Below, one piece after another: positions 55,007-63,916 of a DNA stretch of 64,000 bases. Source of the DNA: an uncultured delta proteobacterium (GTDB lineage: Bacteria > Myxococcota_A > Polyangia > Polyangiales > Houyiibacteriaceae); the NCBI GenBank assembly GCA_963716775.1, contig CAVQUI010000004.1, forward strand, positions 288,360-352,359. The letters are read 5' to 3'. The stretch's first letter is position 1. Each line of letters opens with the position of its first letter. A program made the position numbers and the translations under genes. Below the pieces are notes generated by a model that saw only the letters and a program-made list of their open reading frames with translations, was not told where the DNA came from and did not search any database.

Positions 55007-55327
55007 TTGCGCCCGGGCCCTTCATTGCGGCAGGCTCGGCCTGTGAGACCCAGCGCAGCGCTTCTTCCGTTCGCCCTGATGGTGATGGCGGTCATGACGG
55101 TCCCCACACTGGTCCTCGATGAGCAGGGCCTGCCCCGCTACCGGCACCTGCGCGAAGAACTGCAGGAGCTTCGCGCTTCCAACGAGGAGCTGGGTCGCGA
55201 GATCGCCACGCTCAAGAGTGAGATCGACGCCCTCCGGAGCGACCCCAACTATGTCGAACGGATCGCCAGGGACGAGCTCGGAATGGTTCGCGCCGAGGAG
55301 TTCGTGTTCCAGTTCCCGCCCCCCTAG
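55007..55327 (+). CDS. ftsB: Septum formation initiator FtsB/DivIC family
   Basis: A single TM helix followed by a coiled coil and YVERIARDELGMVRAEE. The start is uncertain: TTG at 55007, or more likely GTG at 55043. Confidence 0.8.
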   Translation: MRPGPSLRQARPVRPSAALLPFALMVMAVMTVPTLVLDEQGLPRYRHLREELQELRASNEELGREIATLKSEIDALRSDPNYVERIARDELGMVRAEEFVFQFPPP

Positions 55328-55398
55328 GTAGGCGTGTTGCACACACTCGGGCCGATTTCTTGCTGAACAGATGGTTCGGGGCGTAACACCGCACGGGT

Positions 55399-57486
55399 AT
55401 GACGGCCCTCGTCCAGGCAGCGCTTCGCGTGAGGCGCACAGCGCGGTCGATGTGGGGATCGGCGGCCGCGTTCTTGCTCGCGGCGTTCCTGCTCGCCGGT
55501 TTCTTCCTTCCGGGAAACGGCGGATTGGGATGGGGTCATCTGGCCTGGCTCGCGGGCTGGTCGGCGCTCTTTGGCTATCGGGCCTGGAACGCCTATCGAG
55601 ACGGCGCTGACCCGGCGTCCGCATTCGAGCTTGGCGTCCTGCTGCTCGTCGGCGTGCACGCCTTGATTCAATTCCGCGGCGGGGTCGGCAGCGAGCTCTA
55701 CCCCGTCAGCTACATCGCTGTGGCGCTGGTCGCCTCGTTTGCCGCGGGGCGCGCAGGTATTGGTGTCGTCGTTTTTGCGTCCGTGCTGGGATTCGCCATC
55801 GCCTTGCTCGGGGAGCAAGTTCACGATCCGCTGGTCCTCGGCTCGAACGCGCTCTTCACAGTCGGGTTTGGGGTGCTCAGCTACGTGTTCACGCGTGCCG
55901 AGATCCTCCGGGTGCGCCACAAGTCGGTGCTCGAGCTCGAAGCCCAGAAGGAAAGGGTGCGTGACGACACGCGGCTCTTTCGTTTGGTCGCGCCTTCATC
56001 GGGCGGAGCGAGGGACGAGGAGCGCCTCTACGAGACCAGCGTTCAGGAGGTTCGTCAGGCGCTCTACCACGCGCTGCAGCTGCTGCATCAGACTTTGGAC
56101 CTTCACACCTGCGCACTCCTGATGCCGACCGCCGAAGCCGAGCAGCTACGAATCGTCGAGTTGGTGTCGAAAAGCGACGACCTGGCCGATGGCCCGTTTT
56201 CCCTTGGCGCGGGCGCCGTCGGGGCGGCGGTCCGCCGACAACTGACGACGAATCTCCAGCAAATTCGGCCCGGATATACGGGCATTTGCTACTATCGCGG
56301 TCCCGCGAGCGTGAGCTCATTCATCGCGGTTCCAGTTCTCGAGCGTGGTCATCTCCGTGCTGTCCTCTGCGCCGATCGCCTCCAAGGCGACGCCTTTAGC
56401 CCCGAGGAGGAGGAGCTTCTTCGTGACAGCACCTCGCACATCCTCCGCGCCTTCGAGAACGAACGGGTCTTCATGCAGCTCGAGCGCAGCAAGCTCGAGC
56501 AGGAGATCCTCTACCAGGTATCTCAGGATCTCAGCATGGCGCGGACCCAGGACGCGGTCATGGAAGTGGGCTTGAACGCGGCGAAGCAAATCGCCCCACA
56601 CGACTTCGCCGCGATCACCGACTATCAGCCGGAGGGTCGGCGCCACACCGTTCGGCGTGCTTCAGGCGAGCGAGCGCTCGACTTCCAAGGCCTGCGCTTC
56701 CGGGACAACGCCTCACTCACCGCCATGGTCGTCAAGAACCGGCACTACTTGCCGTATCGCGGGGAGTTCGATTCGCAACAGCAGGTGCTGTTCACCAAGA
56801 AGGCCAAGCTCAAGGGGATGGAGTCGCTTCTGGTCTTGCCTCTGGTGGTTCGCGAGGAACCGATCGGAACCTTGATCGTCGCTGCGAAGGCGCCCGGAGC
56901 TTTCGGAACGCCGGTGCGCGCCACGCTCCAGGCGCTTTCGAACCATCTCGCGGTCGCGATGGCGAACGCGCGCCTGGTCCGTCAACTCGAAGAGCTCGCC
57001 ACCACCGATGGCCTGACCGGCTGCTTGAACAAGCGCGCGTTTCTCGACCAGATGGAGCAGAAGCTTCTCGCGGCGCAGCGATTCGGCCGAAAGCTCTCGG
57101 TTATCGTCACCGACCTCGACCATTTCAAGGCCGTCAACGACACTTACGGGCACGCGGCAGGCGATCGGGTTCTGCGAGAGCTCGGACAGGTGCTCAGGCG
57201 TGTGAAGCGGGAAACCGACCTCGTAGCTCGATTTGGCGGCGAAGAGTTCTGTGTTCTCTGCGAAGAAACTGACTCCCATGGTGCTCAGCTACTCGCGGAG
57301 CGTGTGCGAGAGGAGCTCGAGAGCACGGAGCTCCAGACCGAGCTCGGGCCACTGAGGGTGACGGCTTCACTCGGGGTTGCGACCTTCCCGGACCACGCGT
57401 CGAGCGCGCCGGATCTCTTCGTCCAAGGCGACAAGGCGCTGTACGAAGCGAAGAGCCGCGGCCGAAATCAGGTCTGTACTGTCTAG
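55399..57486 (+). CDS. Membrane-anchored GAF-GAF-GGDEF diguanylate cyclase
   Basis: N-terminal TM helices and two GAF-like regions. The C-terminal domain has TDGLTGCLNKRAF...DLDHFKAVNDTYGH..GD...RFGGEEFCVL (GGEEF active site). Confidence 0.88.
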   Translation: MTALVQAALRVRRTARSMWGSAAAFLLAAFLLAGFFLPGNGGLGWGHLAWLAGWSALFGYRAWNAYRDGADPASAFELGVLLLVGVHALIQFRGGVGSELYPVSYIAVALVASFAAGRAGIGVVVFASVLGFAIALLGEQVHDPLVLGSNALFTVGFGVLSYVFTRAEILRVRHKSVLELEAQKERVRDDTRLFRLVAPSSGGARDEERLYETSVQEVRQALYHALQLLHQTLDLHTCALLMPTAEAEQLRIVELVSKSDDLADGPFSLGAGAVGAAVRRQLTTNLQQIRPGYTGICYYRGPASVSSFIAVPVLERGHLRAVLCADRLQGDAFSPEEEELLRDSTSHILRAFENERVFMQLERSKLEQEILYQVSQDLSMARTQDAVMEVGLNAAKQIAPHDFAAITDYQPEGRRHTVRRASGERALDFQGLRFRDNASLTAMVVKNRHYLPYRGEFDSQQQVLFTKKAKLKGMESLLVLPLVVREEPIGTLIVAAKAPGAFGTPVRATLQALSNHLAVAMANARLVRQLEELATTDGLTGCLNKRAFLDQMEQKLLAAQRFGRKLSVIVTDLDHFKAVNDTYGHAAGDRVLRELGQVLRRVKRETDLVARFGGEEFCVLCEETDSHGAQLLAERVREELESTELQTELGPLRVTASLGVATFPDHASSAPDLFVQGDKALYEAKSRGRNQVCTV

Positions 57487-57506
57487 CTGAACTCGAAAGC
57501 GGCGCC

Positions 57507-57992
57507 TCAAGCCCGCTTGCGCTCGAGCGTGTGGGGGTCGAGCATCCACTGGAAGCAACCCTGTCCGCCTTCGATGCTGAGCAAGCAGGCCGCGGCGGGT
57601 TGAAAGGAGGGAGCCGTAGCGAGCTGGCCGAGATGCGCCGCGAGGACGCCGACCTTGGGCATGTGGGTCACCATGACGATGAGCTCGTCATCGCGTGCAT
57701 GCTCCAGCGGTTCCAGAGCCTGCGCGGTGCTCCCTTCTTCGGTCGAGAGCGTGCTCAGCACTTCGACGGGACCCTGAAAATCCGGCTGGCTGGAGGCCAG
57801 AATCTCCGCCGTTTGGACCGCGCGGACCAGCGGGCTCGTGTAGATGCGCGAGTATCGCAGCTCCCATTTCACGAGCGCCTTGCCCACCAGAAACATCGTT
57901 TGCCGACCCTCGCTGGTCAGCCAGCGATCGTAGTCGGACTGCGCGGAGCGCATGTCAACCGCCTCTGCATGTCGCACGAGCAGAACCTGCAT
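57507..57992 (-). CDS. sixA: Histidine phosphatase-superfamily protein, SixA-like
   Basis: MQVLLVRHAEA (RHG-type catalytic motif), 161 aa, and a THMP segment. Confidence 0.75.
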   Translation of the reverse strand: MQVLLVRHAEAVDMRSAQSDYDRWLTSEGRQTMFLVGKALVKWELRYSRIYTSPLVRAVQTAEILASSQPDFQGPVEVLSTLSTEEGSTAQALEPLEHARDDELIVMVTHMPKVGVLAAHLGQLATAPSFQPAAACLLSIEGGQGCFQWMLDPHTLERKRA

Positions 57993-58013
57993 GGCCGGAG
58001 CTTGGCACGTTGG

Positions 58014-59474
58014 CTAAGGCTCGTCCCGCGAATCGTGCGCCGCAAGGGCGAAAGACTCCTCGGGCGCCAGTACGAGGCGGCGCCGCGCGTAGACCCCGAA
58101 CCAAAGAAGCCCCAGGCCGTACCAAACCGCGGCGCCTATGACGACCTTTTGGTAGATCGGGTCGGTGACGAAGAGGGCGACGAGGGTCACCAGTGCGATG
58201 AGCAGTGCCAGCACGGCGCCCGGGACACCGAGCGGGCTGCGGTAGGGGCGTGCGATGTCGGGCAGGCGAACGCGCAAGAGAATGAACGACAGCATCTGCA
58301 GCGCATAGGCGATGACCGCACCGAAGACCGCCATGTTCAGAAGCACGGCGCCGACTGGATGCTCGGGGCCGAGCGCGTGGATGCCGTAGGCGACGAGATA
58401 GCCGAGCAGGGCGCCTGCGAGGAGCGCGATGTGTGGGGTCTTGCGGCGGCGGTGCGTGCGCGAGAGCCAGCGTGGGAAGTAGCCCGCGCGCGAGAGGGAG
58501 AAGATCTGCCGGCCGTAGGCGAAGATGATGCTGTGAAAGCTCGCGATGAGACCGGTCACTGCGACGAGGGCCAGAAGCTTCGCGCCGAGGCCCTCGCCGA
58601 AGATCGTCTTGAAGCCTTCGAAGAGCGGCTCGGCCGATGAGCTCAGCGCCGCCGAGCCGGGCGCGATCCCGGCGTTCAAAAAGAGCGTGAGAAAGGCGGC
58701 CACGATCAAAGTGAGCAAGCCGTAGAGCAGGCCACGGGGCAAATCGCGGGCCGGCGCGTGCGCTTCTTCTGCTGCAAGAGGGAGTTGCTCGATCGCCAGG
58801 AAGAACCAGATCGCGAACGGCAGCGCCGAAAGGACACCGGCGCCCCCATGAGGGAGCCAGAGGCTATGACCAGGCTCGGGCTCGATGTTGAGCGCCCAGT
58901 CGAGGTCGAAGTGGGGAATCGCCGCGACCCAGAACACGACGAGCACCCCTAGGGCGAGGGCGGTGATCACGACGGTGAATCGGAAGGTCGTCTCGACGCC
59001 GGCGACGTTGAGGCCGACGAAGCAGGCGTAGGCCGCGAGCCACCAGAGGGGTTCCATACTCGATGGCGTTCCGAAGATCGCACCGAGGTAGCCGCCGATG
59101 CCGACCACGATGACGGCAGGGGTCAGGATGTACTCCATGTTCTCGGCGAGCCCGGTGATGTACGCGCCCCAGGGACCCATGGCGGAGCGGGCAAATGAGT
59201 ACGCGCCTCCGGTGTGCGGGAGCGCCGCTGCCATCTCGGCGATGCTGAAGCATAGGCCGGCATACATGACCGTGATGATCAGGGTGGCGATGAGAAGGCC
59301 GCCGAAGCCGCCGGAGGCCAGGCCGAAGTTCCAGCCAAAGAAGTCCCCGGAAATCACGGCTCCGACGCCTAGCGCCCATAGCGACCAGACGCCGGCATAG
59401 CGTCGCAACCCACGGTCCGCGAAGTACTCGTCGGCGACGCGATCGTAGCCGACCCCCTGGCCCTTCTTCTCCAT
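58014..59474 (-). CDS. APC-superfamily amino acid / ethanolamine permease
   Basis: ATG at 59472-59474 (MEKKGQGVGYDRVADEYFADRGLRRYAGVWSLWALGVGAVISG...). 12 TM helices. The upstream part of the 586-aa ORF is Arg/Pro-rich read-through. Confidence 0.85.
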   Translation of the reverse strand: MEKKGQGVGYDRVADEYFADRGLRRYAGVWSLWALGVGAVISGDFFGWNFGLASGGFGGLLIATLIITVMYAGLCFSIAEMAAALPHTGGAYSFARSAMGPWGAYITGLAENMEYILTPAVIVVGIGGYLGAIFGTPSSMEPLWWLAAYACFVGLNVAGVETTFRFTVVITALALGVLVVFWVAAIPHFDLDWALNIEPEPGHSLWLPHGGAGVLSALPFAIWFFLAIEQLPLAAEEAHAPARDLPRGLLYGLLTLIVAAFLTLFLNAGIAPGSAALSSSAEPLFEGFKTIFGEGLGAKLLALVAVTGLIASFHSIIFAYGRQIFSLSRAGYFPRWLSRTHRRRKTPHIALLAGALLGYLVAYGIHALGPEHPVGAVLLNMAVFGAVIAYALQMLSFILLRVRLPDIARPYRSPLGVPGAVLALLIALVTLVALFVTDPIYQKVVIGAAVWYGLGLLWFGVYARRRLVLAPEESFALAAHDSRDEP

Positions 59475-59521
59475 GGCGCGGAGTGTAGCGGTTTGTCGGG
59501 ACTGGCGATAAGGTTCCGCGC

Positions 59522-60454
59522 ATGTTGCCGATCGATCTTTCGGGGAAGCGAGCGTTCGTTGCGGGCGTGGCGGACGATGGTGGCTTTGGCTTTGCGATCG
59601 CCAAGGCGCTTGCCGTGGCAGGGGCTTCGGTTTGCGTGGGCACCTGGCCGCCTGCGCTCGGGATCTTCGAGACGCTGCTTCGTCGAGGGAAGCTCGATGC
59701 GTCTTTGCAGATGCCCGACGGCACTCAGCTCGAGCTCGAAAAGATCTACGCGCTCGACGCCGAGTACGATTCACTGGAGGATGCGCCGGAGGAGCTTCGC
59801 GCCCAGAAGCGTTACCGAGACCGGGGCGACTTCAGCATCGACGGTGTGGCGGCCAAGCTCCGAGACGACTTCGGCGACTCCTGCCTCGATATCGTGATTC
59901 ACAGCCTGGCCAACGGACCCGAGGTGAACAAACCCTTGATGCAGACCAGTCGCAAAGGGTATCTCGCGGCGCACGGGGCCAGCGCGTATTCGTTTGTCTC
60001 GCTGGCGCAGCGATTGCAGCCCTTGATGCGCGAGGAGGGAGCCTTTCTGGGGCTCTCGTATCTAGCGAGCCAGGGTGTAGTCGCGGACTACGGTGGCGGG
60101 ATGGCGTCCGCCAAAGCTGCGCTCGAAGCCGATGCGCGAATGCTGGCACTCGAGCTTGGGCGTGACGGGGGGCACCGGGTCAACTTGATTTCAGCGGGCC
60201 CCTATGCCTCGCGCGCCGCCTCGGCGATCGGTTTCATACACAAGATGATCAAGTACTACGAGATGAACGCGCCCCTCCCGCACGCGCTTCGCGCCGAAGA
60301 GGTCGGAAACGCGGCGGCGTTCCTCTGCAGCCCGCTTGCCAGTGGCATCACCGGGACGGTCTTGTACGTCGACAAGGGCTACCACGCGATGGCGGCGCCT
60401 GCGGACGTTGGCGCTTTGATCGACGCGCTCGGTGCAAGCGGCGGGGCAGACTAG
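59522..60454 (+). CDS. fabI: Enoyl-[acyl-carrier-protein] reductase (NADH), long plant-plastid/chlamydia-type FabI
   Basis: GKRAFVAGVADDGGFGFAIAKAL...GTWPPALGIFETLLRRGK...IHSLANGPEVNKPLMQTSRKGYL...GGGMASAKAALE...ISAGP. An insertion of roughly 40 aa follows the first beta-alpha-beta unit. Confidence 0.88.
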   Translation: MLPIDLSGKRAFVAGVADDGGFGFAIAKALAVAGASVCVGTWPPALGIFETLLRRGKLDASLQMPDGTQLELEKIYALDAEYDSLEDAPEELRAQKRYRDRGDFSIDGVAAKLRDDFGDSCLDIVIHSLANGPEVNKPLMQTSRKGYLAAHGASAYSFVSLAQRLQPLMREEGAFLGLSYLASQGVVADYGGGMASAKAALEADARMLALELGRDGGHRVNLISAGPYASRAASAIGFIHKMIKYYEMNAPLPHALRAEEVGNAAAFLCSPLASGITGTVLYVDKGYHAMAAPADVGALIDALGASGGAD

Positions 60455-61419
60455 GCGGCGACCATCTCGTGTCGCGCGGTCGGCCGGATGCTGCTGGTGT
60501 CCGCGGCGACGTGCAGAGTCGCGGCAAGGGCGCGCTCGGTCTGGATGCGGTCCACGAGCCATGGGTCGAGCGCTCGCATCAGGGCACGTGCAGAAGGGTA
60601 GCGAGTCGCTGGTGTCCGGCTCAGGAGCTTCGCGACCAGACCATCCATCTGCTCGTCGACGTAGGGTGACAGGTACCGAGCCCGTGGCGCGTCTTCACGA
60701 ATGATGCGTCGGAGGACCGCCGTCACGTCGGCCCCGGTGAACGGGAGCTTGCCGGTGAGCGCCTCGAACATCGTGATGCCGACACCAAAAAGGTCGGCTC
60801 GTGCGTCGACGTACGGGTTGCCAGCTGCCTGCTCGGGTGAGGAATAGCTCGGGGTGCCGTAGACGCGGCCGCGCTCCCTGGCGCGCTCGTCTGGGGGCGC
60901 GGATTCCGCTGCGCACACTCCAAAGTCGAGCAGGTGTACGTCGAGCTCGCCGTATCCACCGCGATTGAGCAGGATATGCTCGGGCTTGATGTCCCGATGC
61001 ACATAGCCGTGCCGGTGCACGCTGTGCAGGATCGACGCGAGCCGTGCGATGATCACCGAAATCTGGCGGCCGTTGAGCGGGCCGCAACGCCGCAAGTAAG
61101 ACGAGAGGCTTTCGGAGCGCATGTGCTTCATCACCAGGTACGGCGACTCGTCGTGGAGCGTGCCGTGGTCGATGACCGGAACGATGCCTGGGTGAAACAC
61201 CCGCCGAGCGACCTCGATCTCGCGCCGCACTCGGCTCATCAGGTCGGGATTGCCCGAATGCGTCGGCCGGAGCATCTTGATGACCACCCGCTCGAGGGTC
61301 GCCAAGCGCTCAGCTTCGAAGACGATCCCGGTGCCGCCCATCCCGATCGCGTTTCCAATTCGATAGCGGCCATCGAGAATCTGCCCCCGAAGCTCGCTGC
61401 GCTCAGCCGATGCCGACAT
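60451..61419 (-). CDS. Eukaryote-like Ser/Thr protein kinase (kinase domain plus a short tail)
   Basis: GMGGTGIVF...VIKML, HRDIKPEHILL, DFG, TPSYSSPEQ. ATG at 61417-61419. Confidence 0.9.
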   Translation of the reverse strand: MSASAERSELRGQILDGRYRIGNAIGMGGTGIVFEAERLATLERVVIKMLRPTHSGNPDLMSRVRREIEVARRVFHPGIVPVIDHGTLHDESPYLVMKHMRSESLSSYLRRCGPLNGRQISVIIARLASILHSVHRHGYVHRDIKPEHILLNRGGYGELDVHLLDFGVCAAESAPPDERARERGRVYGTPSYSSPEQAAGNPYVDARADLFGVGITMFEALTGKLPFTGADVTAVLRRIIREDAPRARYLSPYVDEQMDGLVAKLLSRTPATRYPSARALMRALDPWLVDRIQTERALAATLHVAADTSSIRPTARHEMVAA

Positions 61420-61510
61420 TCCGTGGACGATCGGATAACGGGACCGCTTGCGTCAAAAAAGGTGCAAATTTCGGGGGGGGAGGGGGCGTGACTGCTTGGC
61501 CTGGGCGGCA

Positions 61511-61620
61511 CCGTACCGCTTGTGCTGCCGCGGGTGCTGTTTGGCGGGTCGGTGAGCGGGGGAGCGAACGTCGCCGTACGGCTTGTGCTGCCGCGGGTGT
61601 TCTGGGGTGGGGTCGGTGGA
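61511..61620. repeat. Two tandem imperfect direct repeats, period 63 bp
   Basis: CCGTACCGCTTGTGCTGCCGCGGGTG... starts at 61511 and CCGTACGGCTTGTGCTGCCGCGGGTG... at 61574. 25 of the first 26 positions are identical, and both continue into ...GGGTCGGTG. Confidence 0.75.
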
Positions 61621-61738
61621 CTGGTGAGCTGGTTAGGTTTAGTAACACCGCCCGCCCGGACGCCTTCGGCGGTCGGTTGGTCCCGCCCCACCGCCCCCAC
61701 ACTATCGCCTACCCCCACCCGTAGTTTTGGTATCACTC

Positions 61739-61909
61739 TCACGCGAGTGGGCAGCGTGCCTGGCGCGGCATTCGCTCATTGATGTTGAGCGGCACGCTCA
61801 TCGAGCAGCGTCGTAGCTGGCGAGCGAGGTCTTGATCGTTTCGCGCGATGATTCGGTTGATCACCGCAATGTCGCGCACCGTATTGAGAGCAAGTTCGTA
61901 AGTCTTCAT
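61739..61909 (-). pseudogene. Truncated four-helix-bundle (23S rRNA intervening-sequence protein-like) gene
   Basis: The 56-aa ORF MKTYELALNTVRDIAVINRIIARNDQDLARQLRRCSMSVPLNINE... matches only the first two helices (QLRR..S.P.NI.E) of a family that is normally about 115-125 aa. AAGGAG lies 6 nt before the ATG. Confidence 0.45.
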
Positions 61910-62111
61910 TGGAGTCTCCTTTGCTGAGACTCCCTCCCCATCGTCGTGCACAGGCCGGGTCAAGGCTCGCCGTAGGCGACCGCGAAGCGGCTCGGCCTTG
62001 AGGCGGCCGAGCACGACGATACGGTCCAGGGAGCACAGAGGAGAGCGCTTCCCCATATCGCGTTCGCGTTCGGAATCGGGAATGGGATCTAGATCGCGTT
62101 CGAGATCCCGT

Positions 62112-63026
62112 TCACCTTGCCGTGCGGAAGCTGTTGATCGTCTCTCGCTCGTCGTACTGATACGTGAACCGCGTCGCGCGTCGAAACGGGTCGCTGTCGA
62201 CGACGATGGGGTACTTCAAATGATCGATCGCGCCGGGGGGAAGGTGTGGGAGCCCCAGGCGGCCTAGGCCGAGCTTGAATACCATCTCGGGGACGGGAAG
62301 CGGGCGGCGACCGGCAGCGCGGACGATGGTCGAGAGCGGCACCGGCGTTGGGCCGGAGACGTTGTAGATGCCGTGGAGCTTGTGGGCGAGCGCGCAGACG
62401 ATAGCCTCGGCTGCGTCTTCCTCATGAATGAACTGGAACAGAGGGTCGAAGCCCATGATCAGGGGCACGTTCGGGCCATGCATGAACGCGGCGAGAGTTC
62501 CGTGTTTGCTCGGGCCGAGCGTGTAGACGATTCGCAGGACCGAAGTTGCGATTTCGGGATAGCGCCACAGGGACGAGACGGCGTACAAGTCGGCAGCGAC
62601 CAGATCGGCGAGCTCGGGGAAGGAGTGCGTCGACATCGGCGGCTCGTCTTCGGTGTGGTAGAGCGGAGAGTCGGCCGCGGCGCCGTAGAAGGTGTGACGT
62701 CCAGCAAAGACCGCCTGTCTTACGCCGTAGCTCTGGCAGTGATGGATGAAGGCGCGGGTGCCGTACAGGTTCACACGCATCCGATCGGGGCTCTGCTTCA
62801 CGAGGTGCGTGACCGTGGCCATGTGGATCGCGGCGTCCGGCCGCTGAGTGCGGAACACGTCCTCGGCGGGCCGCTTTCGGATGTCGGCTTGGAAGAGCTC
62901 GATCTCTTCGGGGGCGTCGGGCCAGGGGCGTCGGTCAATCCCGATCACCTCGTATCCGTGTCGGAGCAGCTTTAGCGCGGTCAGGCGCCCGAGCGTCCCC
63001 GCGATTCCTGTCACCAAAACCTTCAT
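62112..63026 (-). CDS. NAD(P)-dependent epimerase/dehydratase-family SDR
   Basis: [13 protein letters not shown] Rossmann start. The ATG at 63024-63026 overlaps the upstream TGA by 1 nt. Confidence 0.85.
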   Translation of the reverse strand: MKVLVTGIAGTLGRLTALKLLRHGYEVIGIDRRPWPDAPEEIELFQADIRKRPAEDVFRTQRPDAAIHMATVTHLVKQSPDRMRVNLYGTRAFIHHCQSYGVRQAVFAGRHTFYGAAADSPLYHTEDEPPMSTHSFPELADLVAADLYAVSSLWRYPEIATSVLRIVYTLGPSKHGTLAAFMHGPNVPLIMGFDPLFQFIHEEDAAEAIVCALAHKLHGIYNVSGPTPVPLSTIVRAAGRRPLPVPEMVFKLGLGRLGLPHLPPGAIDHLKYPIVVDSDPFRRATRFTYQYDERETINSFRTAR

Positions 63027-63862
63027 CACAGCACCAGCTCGTCTTCCGAGATCTCCTTTTCCCGGAGCAGGCGTCCTTGTCGAATCAAATCGGCAATCCG
63101 TTCCTTCACCTGCTCGACCTTCTCGCCGACCAGTTCGTCAGGCTCGTGGCCGGTGCCTTCGAAGAACATCGGCTTCCCATAGAGCAACTGGAAGCGCGTG
63201 GGCTTTGGGATGAGCAGGCCCCACTTGGTCACCGGCACGTACGGAACGCCGAAGAGCCGGCCGAGGCGTTTGAGGTTCGCAATCGTGGGCAGCGCCTCTC
63301 CGCCTCCGACGAAGCCGAACGGCACGATGGGGCTCTTGGTCTCGAGGGCGAGTCGCATGAAACCCGTGCCGAAACCGACCAGCGAATCCGCATCTTTTGC
63401 GAGCTTTGCGGTTCCGCGGGCCCCTTCGGGGAAGGCCAGGATGAGCCGCTCGGCGTTCAGAAGGCGTTTGGCTTGATCAGGGTTGCCGGTGAACTGCCCC
63501 GTGCGGCTCATGAACTGCGACGCCCCGGGGAACTGGTGAATGAACTTGTCGAGCATTGCATGGGGAAGCCGCGGCGGCTCTGCGTCGAGCAGCATCGAGC
63601 CCATGACCATCGCGCCATCGATCGCAACGCCACCCGAGTGGTTTCCAACGAGCACGGCTCTTCCTCTTGGCGGCACGTTGTCGAGCCCGAACACGTCTAC
63701 CTTGAAGTAGAACCGATAGATCCAGGCAAAGGCCGACACGAATCGGATCAAGTCGTTCTTGTCGATCCCGTACGGGTCGATCCCGAACTTGTTGAATTGG
63801 AGATCGAGCGCCTCGATTCGGGCAGCGACTTCGGGATCGATGGGGAGCAGGTTATCGAGCAA
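63026..63862 (-). CDS. Glycerolipid acyltransferase (LPLAT/PlsC superfamily)
   Basis: [14 protein letters not shown] (H-block) and [11 protein letters not shown] (FPEG block). TTG start at 63862, so the start is uncertain. Confidence 0.78.
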   Translation of the reverse strand: MLDNLLPIDPEVAARIEALDLQFNKFGIDPYGIDKNDLIRFVSAFAWIYRFYFKVDVFGLDNVPPRGRAVLVGNHSGGVAIDGAMVMGSMLLDAEPPRLPHAMLDKFIHQFPGASQFMSRTGQFTGNPDQAKRLLNAERLILAFPEGARGTAKLAKDADSLVGFGTGFMRLALETKSPIVPFGFVGGGEALPTIANLKRLGRLFGVPYVPVTKWGLLIPKPTRFQLLYGKPMFFEGTGHEPDELVGEKVEQVKERIADLIRQGRLLREKEISEDELVL

Positions 63863-63916
63863 CTTGGCCTCGGCTGGTCCCGCGATCTGTATGCGGCCGG
63901 GGCGGAGAACGCAATC

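Noticed and set aside
54948-55042. Expected CIRCE operator (TTAGCACTC-N9-GAGTGCTAA) upstream of hrcA, and also at 53217-53272 and 53870-53888
   Set aside because: I read all three gaps on both strands and found nothing close to the inverted repeat. HrcA presumably acts at groE or elsewhere, so no feature is reported.
60451-60454. Convergent genes sharing overlapping stop codons (CTAG for fabI and the kinase; also CTAA at 16197-16200 for the SRPBCC-like gene and ggt; 1-bp gap between murB and mbnH at 45823/45825)
   Set aside because: These are real but trivial consequences of genome compaction. No extra element is encoded. The only point of note is that there is no room for terminators between these convergent genes.
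61451-61468. Sigma-54-type promoter on the minus strand (TTTGCACC-TTTT-TTGAC) upstream of the Ser/Thr kinase
   Set aside because: The spacing fits, but both invariant dinucleotides are damaged: GG is TG at -24, and GC is GA at -12. This is too weak to call as a feature, so it is only mentioned as context for the repeat finding.
62040-62111. CGCGTTCG-rich segment with the hairpin GGGATCT-N12-AGATCCC just downstream of the SDR gene, considered as an intrinsic terminator
   Set aside because: No T-tract follows the stem on the transcribed (minus) strand and the loop is long (12 nt). It may be structured, but the evidence does not support an intrinsic terminator.
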